NCBI GenBank assembly: GCA_963708025.1
Contig: CAVPSB010000022.1
Coordinates: 128,001 to 192,000, forward strand
Length of the DNA stretch: 64,000 nt
Reading direction: 5' to 3'
DNA from: an uncultured Candidatus Rokubacteria bacterium
Lineage (GTDB): Bacteria; Methylomirabilota; Methylomirabilia; Rokubacteriales; DASRDR01
Part shown: in pieces, positions 10,273-20,092 of the stretch
Layout of the letters: the number at the start of each line of letters is the position of its first letter
Numbering within the stretch: the first letter of the stretch is position 1
Notes under the pieces: model-generated
Told to the model about the DNA's origin: nothing
Seen by the model: only the letters and a program-made list of their open reading frames with translations
Database searches by the model: none
Translations under genes and position numbers: made by a program

Positions 10273-12456
10273 TCAGCGGGGGGCGGCGCGGCGGGCCAGG
10301 TACTCGGGGCCGACCAGGATCTGGCGCGGCTTGGCGCCATCGCCCGGCCCGATGATGCGGTCCTGCTCCATCAGGTCGATGAAGCGGGCGGCCTTGGGGT
10401 AGCCGAGGCCGAGGCGGCGCTGGATGAAGCTGATCGACCCTTGCTTCTGGCTGATGACCAGCTCGACGGCGCGCCAGTAGTGGTCGTCGCGCTCGGCCTC
10501 GCTGGCGCCCTCCCCGCCGGGCGTCATGTCCTTGACGGGCTGGATCAGCCCCTCCTCGTAGACCGCCTGCCCCTGCTTCTTGAGGAACGCCGCGATCTCC
10601 CGGACCTCGCCCTCCGACACCCAGGCGCCGTGGATCCGTACCGGGCGCGACGAGGCGGGCGGGACGAACAGCATGTCGCCGCGGCCGAGGAGCTGCTCGG
10701 CGCCGTTCTGGTCGAGGATGGTCCGCGAGTCCACCTTGGAGGCGACCTGGAAGGCGATGCGGGCGGGAAAGTTCGCCTTGATGAGCCCGGTGATGACGTC
10801 CACCGACGGCCGCTGGGTGGCGATCATCAGGTGGATGCCGACCGCCCGGGCGATCTGGGCGAGCCGGGCCAGCGAGGTCTCGACCTCGCCGGCAGAGACC
10901 ATCATGAGGTCGGCCAGCTCGTCCACGATGACGATCCAGTAGGGCAGCCGCTCGGCGGGCTCGACCGCGCGATTGTACCCCTCGATGTTCCGCACCGACT
11001 TCGCGGCCAGGAGCTTGTAGCGCTCCTCCATCCGGCCGACGATCCAGCGGAGGCGGACGGCCGCCTCCTTGGCGTCGGTCACCACCGGCGACAGGAGGTG
11101 CGGGATCCCGTCGTACATGCCCAGCTCGAGCCGCTTGGGGTCGATCATGAGCAGGCGGACGTCGGACGGCGGGCACCGGTACAGGATCGAGCAGAGCATC
11201 GCGTTGAGGCCGGCCGACTTGCCGGCCCCGGTGGCGCCGGCGATCAGGAGGTGCGGCATCGCGGCGAGGTCGGTCACGTAGGGCTGGCCGATCGCGTCCT
11301 TGCCGAGGGCGAGGGCGAGCGGGGCCTTGGACTCCACGAACTCCTTCGAGACCAGGATCTCCCGCAGGTGGACCGTCGACGCCTCGGGGTTCGGGACCTC
11401 GATCGCCACCGTGCCCCGCCCGGGCACCGGGCCGAAGACCCGCACGGCCCCGGCCTTCATGGCCAGGGCCAGGTCGTCGGCCAGGTTCACCACCTGGTTG
11501 ACCTTGACCCCCGGCGCCGGCTCGAACTCGTAGCCGGTGATGATGGGACCGGGGTTCACCTGGACGATCCGCCCACTCACCCCGAAGTCCTCCAGGCGCT
11601 TGCGGAGCAGGTCGGCGTTCTGGGAGAGCTCCTCGCGCGTCCGCCGCCGCTCGGTGGCCGGCGCGGCCTTGAGGAGGCCGATCGGCGGAAGCTGGAAGGT
11701 CTGCCCCGCCCGGGCGAAGTCAAAGGTCTCCTGCCAGGAGAGGCCGCGCTCGGCGAGGCGGCCCTTCGCCCGCTCGCCCGTCGCGCCGGGCCGCGGAGCC
11801 GGGGCCATCGTCGGCGGCGGCTCGACGGCGCCCGCGATCGCGGGCGGCTCCGGCGCCGGCTCGACGATCGTCGTCGATGGCGCCGACTCCGGGCGGGCGC
11901 GCCGCCGCAACAGCCGCCGCAGCCGCACGAGCCCCCGCTGGCCGAGCCCCGCGTACGAGACCTGGGTCAGGCAGAGCGCCGCCACCGCCGCGATCGTGAG
12001 CAGGACGAGGACGCTCCCGAGGTCCCCGAGCGTGCCCCGCAGCGCCCCGTCGACGAGGCGCCCGAACAGGCCGCCCCGGTGGAGGTAGACGCCGCCGCTC
12101 ACGCCGGACACGCGGGCCAGGAGCCCGGTCAGGCCGACCAGCCCCAGGCCGACGCCGGCCAGCGTGAAGACGCCGGCGGCCGGAACGGGACGGACGAAGG
12201 CGGCGACCGCCCAGCCGGCGAGCGCGAGCGGCACCAGGTACCCGGCGTAGCCGACGGCGGTGAACAGGGCCCAGCCGATCCAGAGCCCGACGACGCCGAC
12301 CTGGGCCTCCTGGTCGAGCCAGTGGAGCGCCGGGTCGTAGGAGAGGAGCGCCAGGAAGACGTAGACGCCCACGCCGAAGGCGACGACCGCTTGCGCTTCG
12401 CGCACCCAGCGGAGCGTCGGCCTGGAAGCAGCTCTGGCTCGCGCCTTCGCCATCAT
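10273..12456 (-). CDS. ftsK: DNA translocase FtsK
   Basis: N-terminal 4TM region, PHLLIAGATGAGKS Walker A, IVIVDELADLMM, ATQRPSVDVITG, C-terminal gamma domain. Confidence 0.97.
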   Translation of the reverse strand: MMAKARARAASRPTLRWVREAQAVVAFGVGVYVFLALLSYDPALHWLDQEAQVGVVGLWIGWALFTAVGYAGYLVPLALAGWAVAAFVRPVPAAGVFTLAGVGLGLVGLTGLLARVSGVSGGVYLHRGGLFGRLVDGALRGTLGDLGSVLVLLTIAAVAALCLTQVSYAGLGQRGLVRLRRLLRRRARPESAPSTTIVEPAPEPPAIAGAVEPPPTMAPAPRPGATGERAKGRLAERGLSWQETFDFARAGQTFQLPPIGLLKAAPATERRRTREELSQNADLLRKRLEDFGVSGRIVQVNPGPIITGYEFEPAPGVKVNQVVNLADDLALAMKAGAVRVFGPVPGRGTVAIEVPNPEASTVHLREILVSKEFVESKAPLALALGKDAIGQPYVTDLAAMPHLLIAGATGAGKSAGLNAMLCSILYRCPPSDVRLLMIDPKRLELGMYDGIPHLLSPVVTDAKEAAVRLRWIVGRMEERYKLLAAKSVRNIEGYNRAVEPAERLPYWIVIVDELADLMMVSAGEVETSLARLAQIARAVGIHLMIATQRPSVDVITGLIKANFPARIAFQVASKVDSRTILDQNGAEQLLGRGDMLFVPPASSRPVRIHGAWVSEGEVREIAAFLKKQGQAVYEEGLIQPVKDMTPGGEGASEAERDDHYWRAVELVISQKQGSISFIQRRLGLGYPKAARFIDLMEQDRIIGPGDGAKPRQILVGPEYLARRAAPR

Positions 12457-12514
12457 CCAACAGGGGGGGGAGTCCCAACTACTCCTCCCCCTGAACCCCC
12501 CCCATCTGGGGGTC
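12451..12514. repeat. Palindromic repeat family A, short (internally deleted) copy overlapping the ftsK start
   Basis: catcatccaacaggggggggagtcccaactac...ccccctgaaccccccccatctgggggtc shares both ends with the glnE-internal copy. Confidence 0.8.
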
Positions 12515-12540
12515 TACCGCGCCAATATCGCCCATACCTA

Positions 12541-14250
12541 TCACGCTTCGAGGATGATCGGCAGCACGATCGGCTTCCGGTCGTAGCGCTGGCTGATGAA
12601 CCGCCGCAGCGTCCCGCGCAGCAGCGACTGGAGCACGTCGCGGCCCATCGGCTCCTCCCCGGTCCGGGCGGCCAGCGCCTCGCGCAGGACTCCCTTGGCT
12701 TCCTCCAGCACCGCCTCCGACTCCCGCTCGTACACCCACCCCCGGGAGGCGATCTCCGGGCCGGCGATGATCTCCCCCGTCCCGCGGTCCACGGTCACCG
12801 CCACGACCACCATGCCGTCCTGGGCGAGGAGCTCCCGGTCGCGCAGCACCACCGCCCCCACGTCGCCGATCCCCTTGCCGTCCACCAGGACGCGGCCGAC
12901 CGGGAAGCGCTGGAGGACGCGCGCCGTCGTCTTGGTGAACTCGACCCCCTGCCCGTCCTCGATCACGAGGGTGCGATCGACGGTGAGCCCCACCTCCTGG
13001 GCCAGCCGGGCGTGGCCGAGGAGGTGGCGGTACTCGCCGTGGACCGGGATGAAGAAGCTCGGGCGGACCAGGTTGAGCATGAGTTTCAGCTCCTCCTGGG
13101 CCGCGTGGCCTGAGACGTGGACGAAGGCGACGGGCTCCCACAGGACCTCGGCGCCGAGCCGGAGGAGCTGGTTCACGAGCCGGGTGATCGTCCGCTCGTG
13201 GCCCGGGATGATGCGGGCCGAGAGGATGACGAGGTCGCCCTCCGCCACCTGGACGTACTTGTGCTCCTCGCTGGCCATGAGCGCCATCGCCGAGTTGGGC
13301 TCGCCCTGGCTGCCCGTCGAGAGGATCACCTGGCGGTAGGGCGGCAGCTCGGCCAGCTCCTCGAGCGAGGCCAGGCAGCCCTCCGGGACCCGGAGGTAGC
13401 CGAGCTCGGCGGCGATGCGGACGTTCGTCTCCATGCTCCGCCCCAGCAGGGCCACCCGGCGGCTGAAGGCCGCCGCCAGGTCGAGGACCTGCTGGATCCG
13501 GTGGATATGCGAGGCGAACGTCGCCAGGATGACGCGCCCCGGCGCCTTGCGGAAGCGCTCGGCCAGGTGACGGCCCACCTCGCGCTCCGACGGGGTCGTG
13601 CCCGGGCGATCCACGTTGGTGGAGTCGGCCATCAGGCAGAGGACGCCGCGCTCGCCCAGCTCCGCGAGCCGGTGGTAGTCAGAGCGCTCGTCGTCGATCG
13701 GGCTCGGGTCGAACTTGAAGTCGCCGCTGTGGACGAGCGTCCCCACCGGCGTGTCGATCGCGTAGCCGACGCCGTCCACCACCGAGTGGGTGACCCGGAT
13801 CGGCTCGACCCGGAAGGGGCCGAGCTCGAAGACCTGGCGCGGCTCGACCGGGATCAGGCGCGCCCGCTCGGCGAGGCCGTGCTCGCGAAGGCGCTCGGTC
13901 GCCAGCGCCAGCGCCATTCGCGTGCCGTACACCGGGACGTCGACCTCCCGCAGGAGATAGGACAGCGCGCCGATGTGGTCCTCGTGCCCGTGGGTGAGGA
14001 TCACCCCGCGGAGGTGCGCGCGCTTGGCCAGGACATACGAGAAGTCGGGGATGACGTAGTCGATCCCCGGCATCTCGGCGTCGGGGAACATGAGCCCGCA
14101 GTCGATGGCGACGAGGTCCTCCCCCGACTCGAGGAGCATCATGTTCAGGCCGATCTCCCCGAGACCCCCGAGAGGGATGACGCGGACGGTCGGCTCGATG
14201 GCGCCCTCGGACCCGATGGGGGCGCCGGCAGGTTCGGACGACTCCGTCAT
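12541..14250 (-). CDS. rnj: Ribonuclease J
   Basis: IPLGGLGEIGLNM, THGHEDHIG, SGDFKFD, HVSGHA, PVHGEYRH. Confidence 0.96.
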   Translation of the reverse strand: MTESSEPAGAPIGSEGAIEPTVRVIPLGGLGEIGLNMMLLESGEDLVAIDCGLMFPDAEMPGIDYVIPDFSYVLAKRAHLRGVILTHGHEDHIGALSYLLREVDVPVYGTRMALALATERLREHGLAERARLIPVEPRQVFELGPFRVEPIRVTHSVVDGVGYAIDTPVGTLVHSGDFKFDPSPIDDERSDYHRLAELGERGVLCLMADSTNVDRPGTTPSEREVGRHLAERFRKAPGRVILATFASHIHRIQQVLDLAAAFSRRVALLGRSMETNVRIAAELGYLRVPEGCLASLEELAELPPYRQVILSTGSQGEPNSAMALMASEEHKYVQVAEGDLVILSARIIPGHERTITRLVNQLLRLGAEVLWEPVAFVHVSGHAAQEELKLMLNLVRPSFFIPVHGEYRHLLGHARLAQEVGLTVDRTLVIEDGQGVEFTKTTARVLQRFPVGRVLVDGKGIGDVGAVVLRDRELLAQDGMVVVAVTVDRGTGEIIAGPEIASRGWVYERESEAVLEEAKGVLREALAARTGEEPMGRDVLQSLLRGTLRRFISQRYDRKPIVLPIILEA

Positions 14251-14266
14251 CGTTGGCGGTATGGTA

Positions 14267-15091
14267 TCACGCGGCCTCGGACGCCACGAAGAAGTGGGCG
14301 AGTCGGGCAAACTCCGGCAGGCTCAGCGTCTCCGCGCGCCGGCGCCCGTCGATCCCCGCCGCCGTCAGACCGGCCTCCACCCCCGCCGCGCCGAGCCCGG
14401 GAAAGCCGGCCCGGAGCGCGTTGGCCAGCGTCTTCCGGCGCTGGGCGAACCCCGCCTTCACGACCCGGACGAAGGCCGCCGGATCGGCGATCGGCACCGG
14501 GGGCGTTGCGTGAAAGACGGCGCGCACGACCGCGGACTCGACCTTCGGCGGCGGGCGGAAGGCCCGGGCCGGCACGACGAAGAGCAGCGCCAGCTCCGCC
14601 CACGCCTGCCAGAGCACGGACAGGACCCCGTAGGCCTTGCCACCGGGCGGCGCGACGAGCCGCTCGGCGACCTCGCGCTGGAGCATCACGGTCGCCGCGT
14701 CGAGCGTGCCCCGCGCCTCCCAGAGCCGGAAGAGGATGGGCTTGGAGGCGCTGTACGGCAGGTTGCCGACGACGAGGACCCGGCCCCCGGGGCTCGGACG
14801 GAGGTCCCGGAGCGTCTCGTAGGGGAAGGTCCGGGCGTCGGCGAGGCGCGGGTCCACGCCCGGCCAGCCCTCGCCCCGGGCCGCCAGCCGCGCGTGGAGC
14901 GCGGGGTCCAGCTCGAGGGCGACGACGTGGCCGGCGCGCCCGGCGAAGAGCTCGGTCAGGACCCCGTACCCCGCGCCGATCTCGCAGACCAGGTCGGCCG
15001 CCGTCGCGCCGACGGCCTCCACGATGCGGCCCGCCACGACCGGATCGGCCAGGAAGTGCTGGCCCAGCGCGCGCCGGTCGGACGCCTTCAC
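14267..15091 (-). CDS. rsmA: 16S rRNA adenine dimethyltransferase RsmA/KsgA
   Basis: [52 protein letters not shown]. Confidence 0.94.
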   Translation of the reverse strand: MKASDRRALGQHFLADPVVAGRIVEAVGATAADLVCEIGAGYGVLTELFAGRAGHVVALELDPALHARLAARGEGWPGVDPRLADARTFPYETLRDLRPSPGGRVLVVGNLPYSASKPILFRLWEARGTLDAATVMLQREVAERLVAPPGGKAYGVLSVLWQAWAELALLFVVPARAFRPPPKVESAVVRAVFHATPPVPIADPAAFVRVVKAGFAQRRKTLANALRAGFPGLGAAGVEAGLTAAGIDGRRRAETLSLPEFARLAHFFVASEAA

Positions 15092-15718
15092 CCTCGCCTC
15101 GCGCGGTGCTCGGCCAGCAGGGCCGCGTGCACCGCCCTCACCTGGGCCGCCGTCTCCTCGGGGCCGTCCGAGTTGTCGATGACGTAGTGGGCCTGCTTGA
15201 CCTTCTCCGCCAGCGGCATCTGGCTCGCGATGCGCCGCTCGGCCTCGGCGGCGTCCAGCCCATCCCGTCGCATCAGGCGGTCGCGCTGCGCGGCCGGCTC
15301 GGCATAGACCACGATCACCCGATCGACGTCGGCGTGGGCGCCCACCTCGATCAGGAGCGCCGCGTCCTGGACGACGATCCCGTCGAAGCCGCGGGCCGCC
15401 AGCTCCTCGAGCGCGGCGGCGCGCCGCCGCCGGATCGCTGGATGCGTGATCTCCTCCAGCGCGCCGGCGCTTCCCGGGATCGGCGAAGATCAGGGCGCCG
15501 AGGCGGGCGCGGTCGAGGCTCCCGTCCGGCTGGAGGATCTCGGGCCCGAATGCCTCGACGATCGCCTGCAGGGCCGGCTCGCCCGGCGCCACCACTTCGC
15601 GAGCCAGCACGTCGGCGTCGATCACGTGGCAGCCCAGCTCGGCGAGCTGCCGGCTCACCGTGGACTTGCCGGAGGCGATCCCCCCGGTCAGCCCCACGAG
15701 CAGGAACGGCCGCGCCAC
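15088..15718 (-). CDS. coaE: Dephospho-CoA kinase (one apparent frameshift near 15460)
   Basis: [14 protein letters not shown]...[11 protein letters not shown]...LDRARLG; the C-terminus [11 protein letters not shown]...VIDNS is in ORF 15088-15345. Confidence 0.92.
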
Positions 15719-16572
15719 TAGCGCGCTACGTCCAGCCGGAACTCGCCGCGGGCGACGACGACCGCCGTGCCACCGACCTCCACCTTCGTCGCCTGCTCGC
15801 GCGAGCCCTCGACCCTGGCGAAGAGCGTGCTGGGCCGGCCGACCTCGGCGCCCTGGCTGATCTCGATCTCCTCGCCGAAGCCGATCCGCCCGTGGCGGGC
15901 CAGGTGCCAGGCCAGCGGTCCCGCCGCCGAGCCGGTGGCCGGGTCCTCGGGGATCCCGTGGCCCGGGACGAACGCCCGGGCCTTCCAGCGCCGCCCGGCG
16001 CCGGCCACGCAGTTGGTGATCATGCCCCCCAGCCGCGCCAGCGCGGCGAAATCCGGCTGGAGCCCCGCCACCGCCGCCTCGCCGGCCAGCGTCACGTAGA
16101 CGTGCCGCGGGCCGTTGGTGTAGAGCTCGACCGGGAGCTCCGACCGCTCGACGCCGAGCGCGGCGAGGAGCGCCGGCACGGCGGCGTACGGCTCGACGGT
16201 GGGGAGGGGCTGGCGCATCCGGCCGAAGACGATCCGGGCACCTTCGCGCTCCAGCGTCACCGGCACCAGGCCGGCGCCGGTCTCGAGGACGATCTCGGGG
16301 AGCTGGAGCGGTGCGGCCAGGACGAACGCCGCGCCGAGGACCGGGTGCCCAGCGAACGGCAGCTCGCTCCCGGGCGTGAAGATGCGGATCCGCACGTGGC
16401 CCCCCCGCCCGGGCGGATAGACGAAGACGGTCTCGGAGAAGTTGACCTCCCGGGCGAGCGGCTGGAGCAGCGCCTCGGGGATGCCCCGGGCGTCCGTGAA
16501 GACCGCGAGCTGGTTCCCGGCCAGCGGCCGGTCGGTGAAGACATCGCAGACGACGTAGCGGAAGTCGGTCAT
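15718..16572 (-). CDS. PhzF family isomerase/epimerase
   Basis: [56 protein letters not shown]. Confidence 0.93.
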   Translation of the reverse strand: MTDFRYVVCDVFTDRPLAGNQLAVFTDARGIPEALLQPLAREVNFSETVFVYPPGRGGHVRIRIFTPGSELPFAGHPVLGAAFVLAAPLQLPEIVLETGAGLVPVTLEREGARIVFGRMRQPLPTVEPYAAVPALLAALGVERSELPVELYTNGPRHVYVTLAGEAAVAGLQPDFAALARLGGMITNCVAGAGRRWKARAFVPGHGIPEDPATGSAAGPLAWHLARHGRIGFGEEIEISQGAEVGRPSTLFARVEGSREQATKVEVGGTAVVVARGEFRLDVAR

Positions 16573-16590
16573 CCAGGCCCCGACGGGCGG

Positions 16591-16699
16591 GCTAGTGGCG
16601 TTCCAACTTGTTCCAGCTAGTGCTTTCGATCCATGCGGCAAGTCCGTGCTTCAAGAATCGCTTGCCCATTTTGGCTCATGTAGTTGGAACGGCACTAGC
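16591..16699. mobile_element. MITE with 18-bp terminal inverted repeats including CTAG at both ends
   Basis: gctagtggcgttccaact (16591-16608) versus agttggaacggcactagc (16682-16699), 17/18 complementary; interior markedly AT-richer than flanks. Confidence 0.75.
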
Positions 16700-17255
16700 C
16701 GAGGAGCTCGCCGACGGACAGGATCAGGTCGGGAAAGGCCGCGGGGGCGACGGTGTCGCCGCGCGCGAGTCGCTGGAGGTCGCGATAGCGGTCGCCGACG
16801 GGCACACGGTGGGTGTCCACCCGTTCGTTCACGAGATCGACGATCCAGAACTCCGGGATCCCGGCGGCGGCGTAGGCGGGCAGCTTCACCTGGCGGTCAT
16901 ACGCAAGCGAAGCGTCGGAGACCTCGATGAGGAGCAGGACGTCGCCCGGGGCCGGATCGGCGTCCCGATACGCGGCGCGAGGTGGCCGAACGAGCAGCAG
17001 ATCGGGCTGGTACTCTGTCCGAGGTCCGAGGCGAATCGAGGCCTGCGGCAGGAGCAGCGCGCGGCCGCTGAGCCTCGGAGCAAGCCACTCGGCGAGGAAC
17101 CCGACGCAGAGGGCGTGTCGGCGTCCGATGGGCGTCATGTGGACGATCTCCCCGTCGACCAGCTCGACGCGCGGCTCGGCGAGGAAGAGTCCCGCCTCGG
17201 CCATCCGGTAGAACTCCTCTACCGTGAAGCGGTGCTTCGCCAGCTCGACCTGCAT
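16695..17255 (-). CDS. Uma2 family PD-(D/E)XK endonuclease-like protein
   Basis: HRFTVEEFYRM...VELVDGEIVHMTPIG...QPDLLL...LLIEVSDASLAYDRQVKLPAYAAAGIPEFWIVDL. Confidence 0.92.
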   Translation of the reverse strand: MQVELAKHRFTVEEFYRMAEAGLFLAEPRVELVDGEIVHMTPIGRRHALCVGFLAEWLAPRLSGRALLLPQASIRLGPRTEYQPDLLLVRPPRAAYRDADPAPGDVLLLIEVSDASLAYDRQVKLPAYAAAGIPEFWIVDLVNERVDTHRVPVGDRYRDLQRLARGDTVAPAAFPDLILSVGELLG

Positions 17256-17332
17256 GCGGCCTCCCGATGGCGATTCTACACGAGGACTTGCACGCTTCCT
17301 ACTTCATCAGCGCCCCTTCACGTCATCCCGAG

Positions 17333-20047
17333 TCACACCTCGGCCCAGTCGCGGCCTTCCTTGACGTCCACGCGCAGCGGCACGTCGAGCGTCATCACCG
17401 ACTCCATGATCTCGAGCACGAGCGGCCGGACCACCGCGCGCTCGTCCTCCGGCACCTCGAGGAGCAGCTCGTCGTGGACCTGGAGCAGGATGCGGGTCCG
17501 GAGCCCACGCTCGGCCAGCGCGCCGGCCAGCTTCACCATCGCGAGCTTGATGATGTCCGACGCCGTCCCCTGGATCGGCGCGTTCGAGGCCATCCGCTCC
17601 GCGCCCATCCGGGCCGGGACGTTCCGGGCGGCCAGCTCCGGCAGGTAGCGGCGCCGGCCGAGAAGGGTCGTCACGTAGCCCTTCTCGCGCCCCTCGGCGA
17701 CCGTGCGGTCGATGTACGCGCGTACCTTCGGGTGGGCCGCGAAGTAGGCCTCGATGTACCGCTGGGCGGCGGCGCGGTCGATGCTGGCCGCCTGGGCGAG
17801 CCCGAAGCCCGAGATGCCGTAGAGGATGCCGAAGTTGACGACCTTGGCGAGCCGCCGCATCTCCGGGGTGACCTGCTCGGGCGGGACGTGGAGGATGTCG
17901 GCCGCGGTGCGGGTGTGGATGTCCTCGTCCCGGCGGAAGGCCTCGAGCAGCGCCTCCTCGCCCGAGAGGTGGGCGAAGATCCGGAGCTCGATCTGCGAGT
18001 AGTCGGCGGCCAGGAAGTGCCAGCCGTCTTCCGGGATGAACGCCTGTCGGATGCGGCGCCCCAGCTCCGTGCGGATGGGGATGTTCTGAAGGTTGGGCTG
18101 GCTGCTCGAGAGCCTCCCCGTCGCCGCCACGAGCTGGTTGAACGAGGTGTGGATCCGCCCGGTCCGCGGGTTGATCAGCACGGGCAGCGCGTCGGCGTAC
18201 GTGCCCTTGAGCTTGGCGAGCTGGCGGTACTCGAGGATCTTCTGGGGGAGCGGGTGGCCCAGGGCCAGCTCCTCCAGCACGTCGACGTCGGTCGAGTAGC
18301 CGGTCTTGGTCCGCTTGATCGGCGGCAGCTTGAGCTTCTCGAACAGCACCACCGCGAGCTGCTTCGGCGAGTTCGGGTTCACGTCCTCGCCGGCCAGATG
18401 GTGGATCTCCTTCAGCAAGGCGTCGAGCTGGCGCTCCAGCTCCTTGGCCAGGAGCTCGAGCCGCTCGGGGGCGACCCGGATCCCCACCGTCTCCATCGCC
18501 GCCAGCACCGGGATCAGCGGCACCTCCAGGTCCCGGTAGAGCCGGACGAGGCCGTCCCGCTCGAGGAGCGGGCGCTGCCAGTCCCAGAGCCGCCACACCC
18601 CCTCGGCGCGGGCGCCAGCCCAGGCGGCGAGCAGTGCGGGATCGGCCTCCGCCGGCGAGCGGCCCTCGAGGAGCCCGGCGAGCGGGCCGGGGGGCTCCTG
18701 GCCGACGGCCTCCAGGCAGAGCTGCTCGAGCGGGTACCCCGCTCGGCCCGAGTTCAGCAGGTACGCCGCCACCGCGGTGTCGTCGATCCGCTCCGGCGGA
18801 ACCCGGACCCCCTGCCCCAGTGCCACCTCGACGAGCGCCTTCACGTCGTGGCCAATCAGCCGGCCGGCCTCGAGCCCGGGGAGCCCGGCCGCGTAGGCCG
18901 GGCCGGCGGCCGGGCTGTAGCCGCCCAGGCCCACGAGCGTCTGGTCGGGCGGGCTGCCGCCGAGCACGGCCTCGACGGCGACGGCCTCCCCGGCCCGCCC
19001 ACGCCACGCGCGCCAGCCGGCCGCGTCCAGGCACGGCACCCCGAGCGACGGGACGGTGACCGCGCGGGCCGGGAGCTGGCGAAGGAGGTTCGAGAACTCC
19101 AGCTCGGTCCAGAGCGCGCGGAGGCGCTCCCAGTCGGGGTCGCGGACGCGGAACCGCTCGAGGTCGATCTCGACCGGGACCTTCGCCTCGAGCACCGCGA
19201 GCTGGCGCGAGAAGAACGCCTGGTCGCGGTACCGGGCGAGCGTCTCGCGGAGCTTGGTCCCGGAGACGAGCGTCAGGTTCTCGTAAACCGCCTCCAGGCT
19301 CCCGAACTGCTTCAGGAGCTTCTGGGCGGTGACCTCGCCGACCCCGGGGACGCCGGGGATGTTGTCGATCGAGTCGCCCATGAGGCCGAGGATGTCGGGG
19401 ATCCGCTCGGGCGGGACGCCCCAGCGCTCCTGGACCTTGGCGGCGTCGTAGAGGATGCGCTCGCCGGTCCGGCCCAGCACGGACAGCACCGTCACCTTCG
19501 GCCCCACGAGCTGGAGGGCGTCCTTGTCGGCGGTGACCAGGACCAGCTCGACGGCCCGGTCGGCGAGCCGGTCGACGGCGGTGGCCAGGATGTCGTCCGC
19601 CTCGAACCCCGACACCTCGAGGACCGGCGGCCCCAGGATGTCGAGACTCTTCCGGATCCACGGGATCTGCTCGACCAGGTCCCGCGGCATCCCCGGCCGC
19701 TGGATCTTGTAGGCCTCGAACTGCTGGTGGCGGAAGGTCGGCCCCGGAGCGTCCCAGGCCACCGCCATGTAGGTGGGCCGCTCCTCGCGGAGCATCTTCC
19801 ACAGCATCATCGTCATCCCGAGCGTCGCGTTGGTCGGGACGCCGCGCGAGGTCGAGAGGTGACCGATCGCGTGGTAGGCGCGGTAGAGATACGACGGCCC
19901 GTCGACCAGGTAGAGCTGCTCGGCCTTCTCGGGCTTCTCGGACTTGCCGACGGGGGGGGAGTCCCAACCACCGGATCGCCCGGACGCCTCGGGCCTGCGG
20001 CCCTCGGGACGTCCGGCCCTCCCGGTGGTCCCCCCGAACGCCCCCAC
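17333..20047 (-). CDS. polA: DNA polymerase I (N-terminus includes repeat-derived peptide; start at 20047 GTG or 20093 ATG)
   Basis: LYLVDGPSYLYRAYHA, FEADD, GDSIDNIPGVPGVG, ATGRLSSSQPNLQNIP, ADYSQIELR, NFGILYG, LQVHDEL. Confidence 0.97.
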   Translation of the reverse strand: MGAFGGTTGRAGRPEGRRPEASGRSGGWDSPPVGKSEKPEKAEQLYLVDGPSYLYRAYHAIGHLSTSRGVPTNATLGMTMMLWKMLREERPTYMAVAWDAPGPTFRHQQFEAYKIQRPGMPRDLVEQIPWIRKSLDILGPPVLEVSGFEADDILATAVDRLADRAVELVLVTADKDALQLVGPKVTVLSVLGRTGERILYDAAKVQERWGVPPERIPDILGLMGDSIDNIPGVPGVGEVTAQKLLKQFGSLEAVYENLTLVSGTKLRETLARYRDQAFFSRQLAVLEAKVPVEIDLERFRVRDPDWERLRALWTELEFSNLLRQLPARAVTVPSLGVPCLDAAGWRAWRGRAGEAVAVEAVLGGSPPDQTLVGLGGYSPAAGPAYAAGLPGLEAGRLIGHDVKALVEVALGQGVRVPPERIDDTAVAAYLLNSGRAGYPLEQLCLEAVGQEPPGPLAGLLEGRSPAEADPALLAAWAGARAEGVWRLWDWQRPLLERDGLVRLYRDLEVPLIPVLAAMETVGIRVAPERLELLAKELERQLDALLKEIHHLAGEDVNPNSPKQLAVVLFEKLKLPPIKRTKTGYSTDVDVLEELALGHPLPQKILEYRQLAKLKGTYADALPVLINPRTGRIHTSFNQLVAATGRLSSSQPNLQNIPIRTELGRRIRQAFIPEDGWHFLAADYSQIELRIFAHLSGEEALLEAFRRDEDIHTRTAADILHVPPEQVTPEMRRLAKVVNFGILYGISGFGLAQAASIDRAAAQRYIEAYFAAHPKVRAYIDRTVAEGREKGYVTTLLGRRRYLPELAARNVPARMGAERMASNAPIQGTASDIIKLAMVKLAGALAERGLRTRILLQVHDELLLEVPEDERAVVRPLVLEIMESVMTLDVPLRVDVKEGRDWAEV

Positions 20048-20052
20048 CTGGG
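19947..20052. repeat. Palindromic repeat family A, copy in the polA 5' coding region
   Basis: ccgacggggggggagtcccaaccaccggatcgcccggacgcctcgggcctgcggccctcgggacgtccgg...cccccacctggg; near-identical to the reverse complement of 22510-22629. Confidence 0.9.
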
Positions 20053-20092
20053 CCGTTCGTCGCGTGTGCCGAGGGTGACGCTCGCCGGTTCA

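Noticed and set aside
14267-15718. Apparent CoaE-RsmA fusion
   Set aside because: The CoaE C-terminus lies in ORF 15088-15345; an indel near 15460 makes the spurious bridge.
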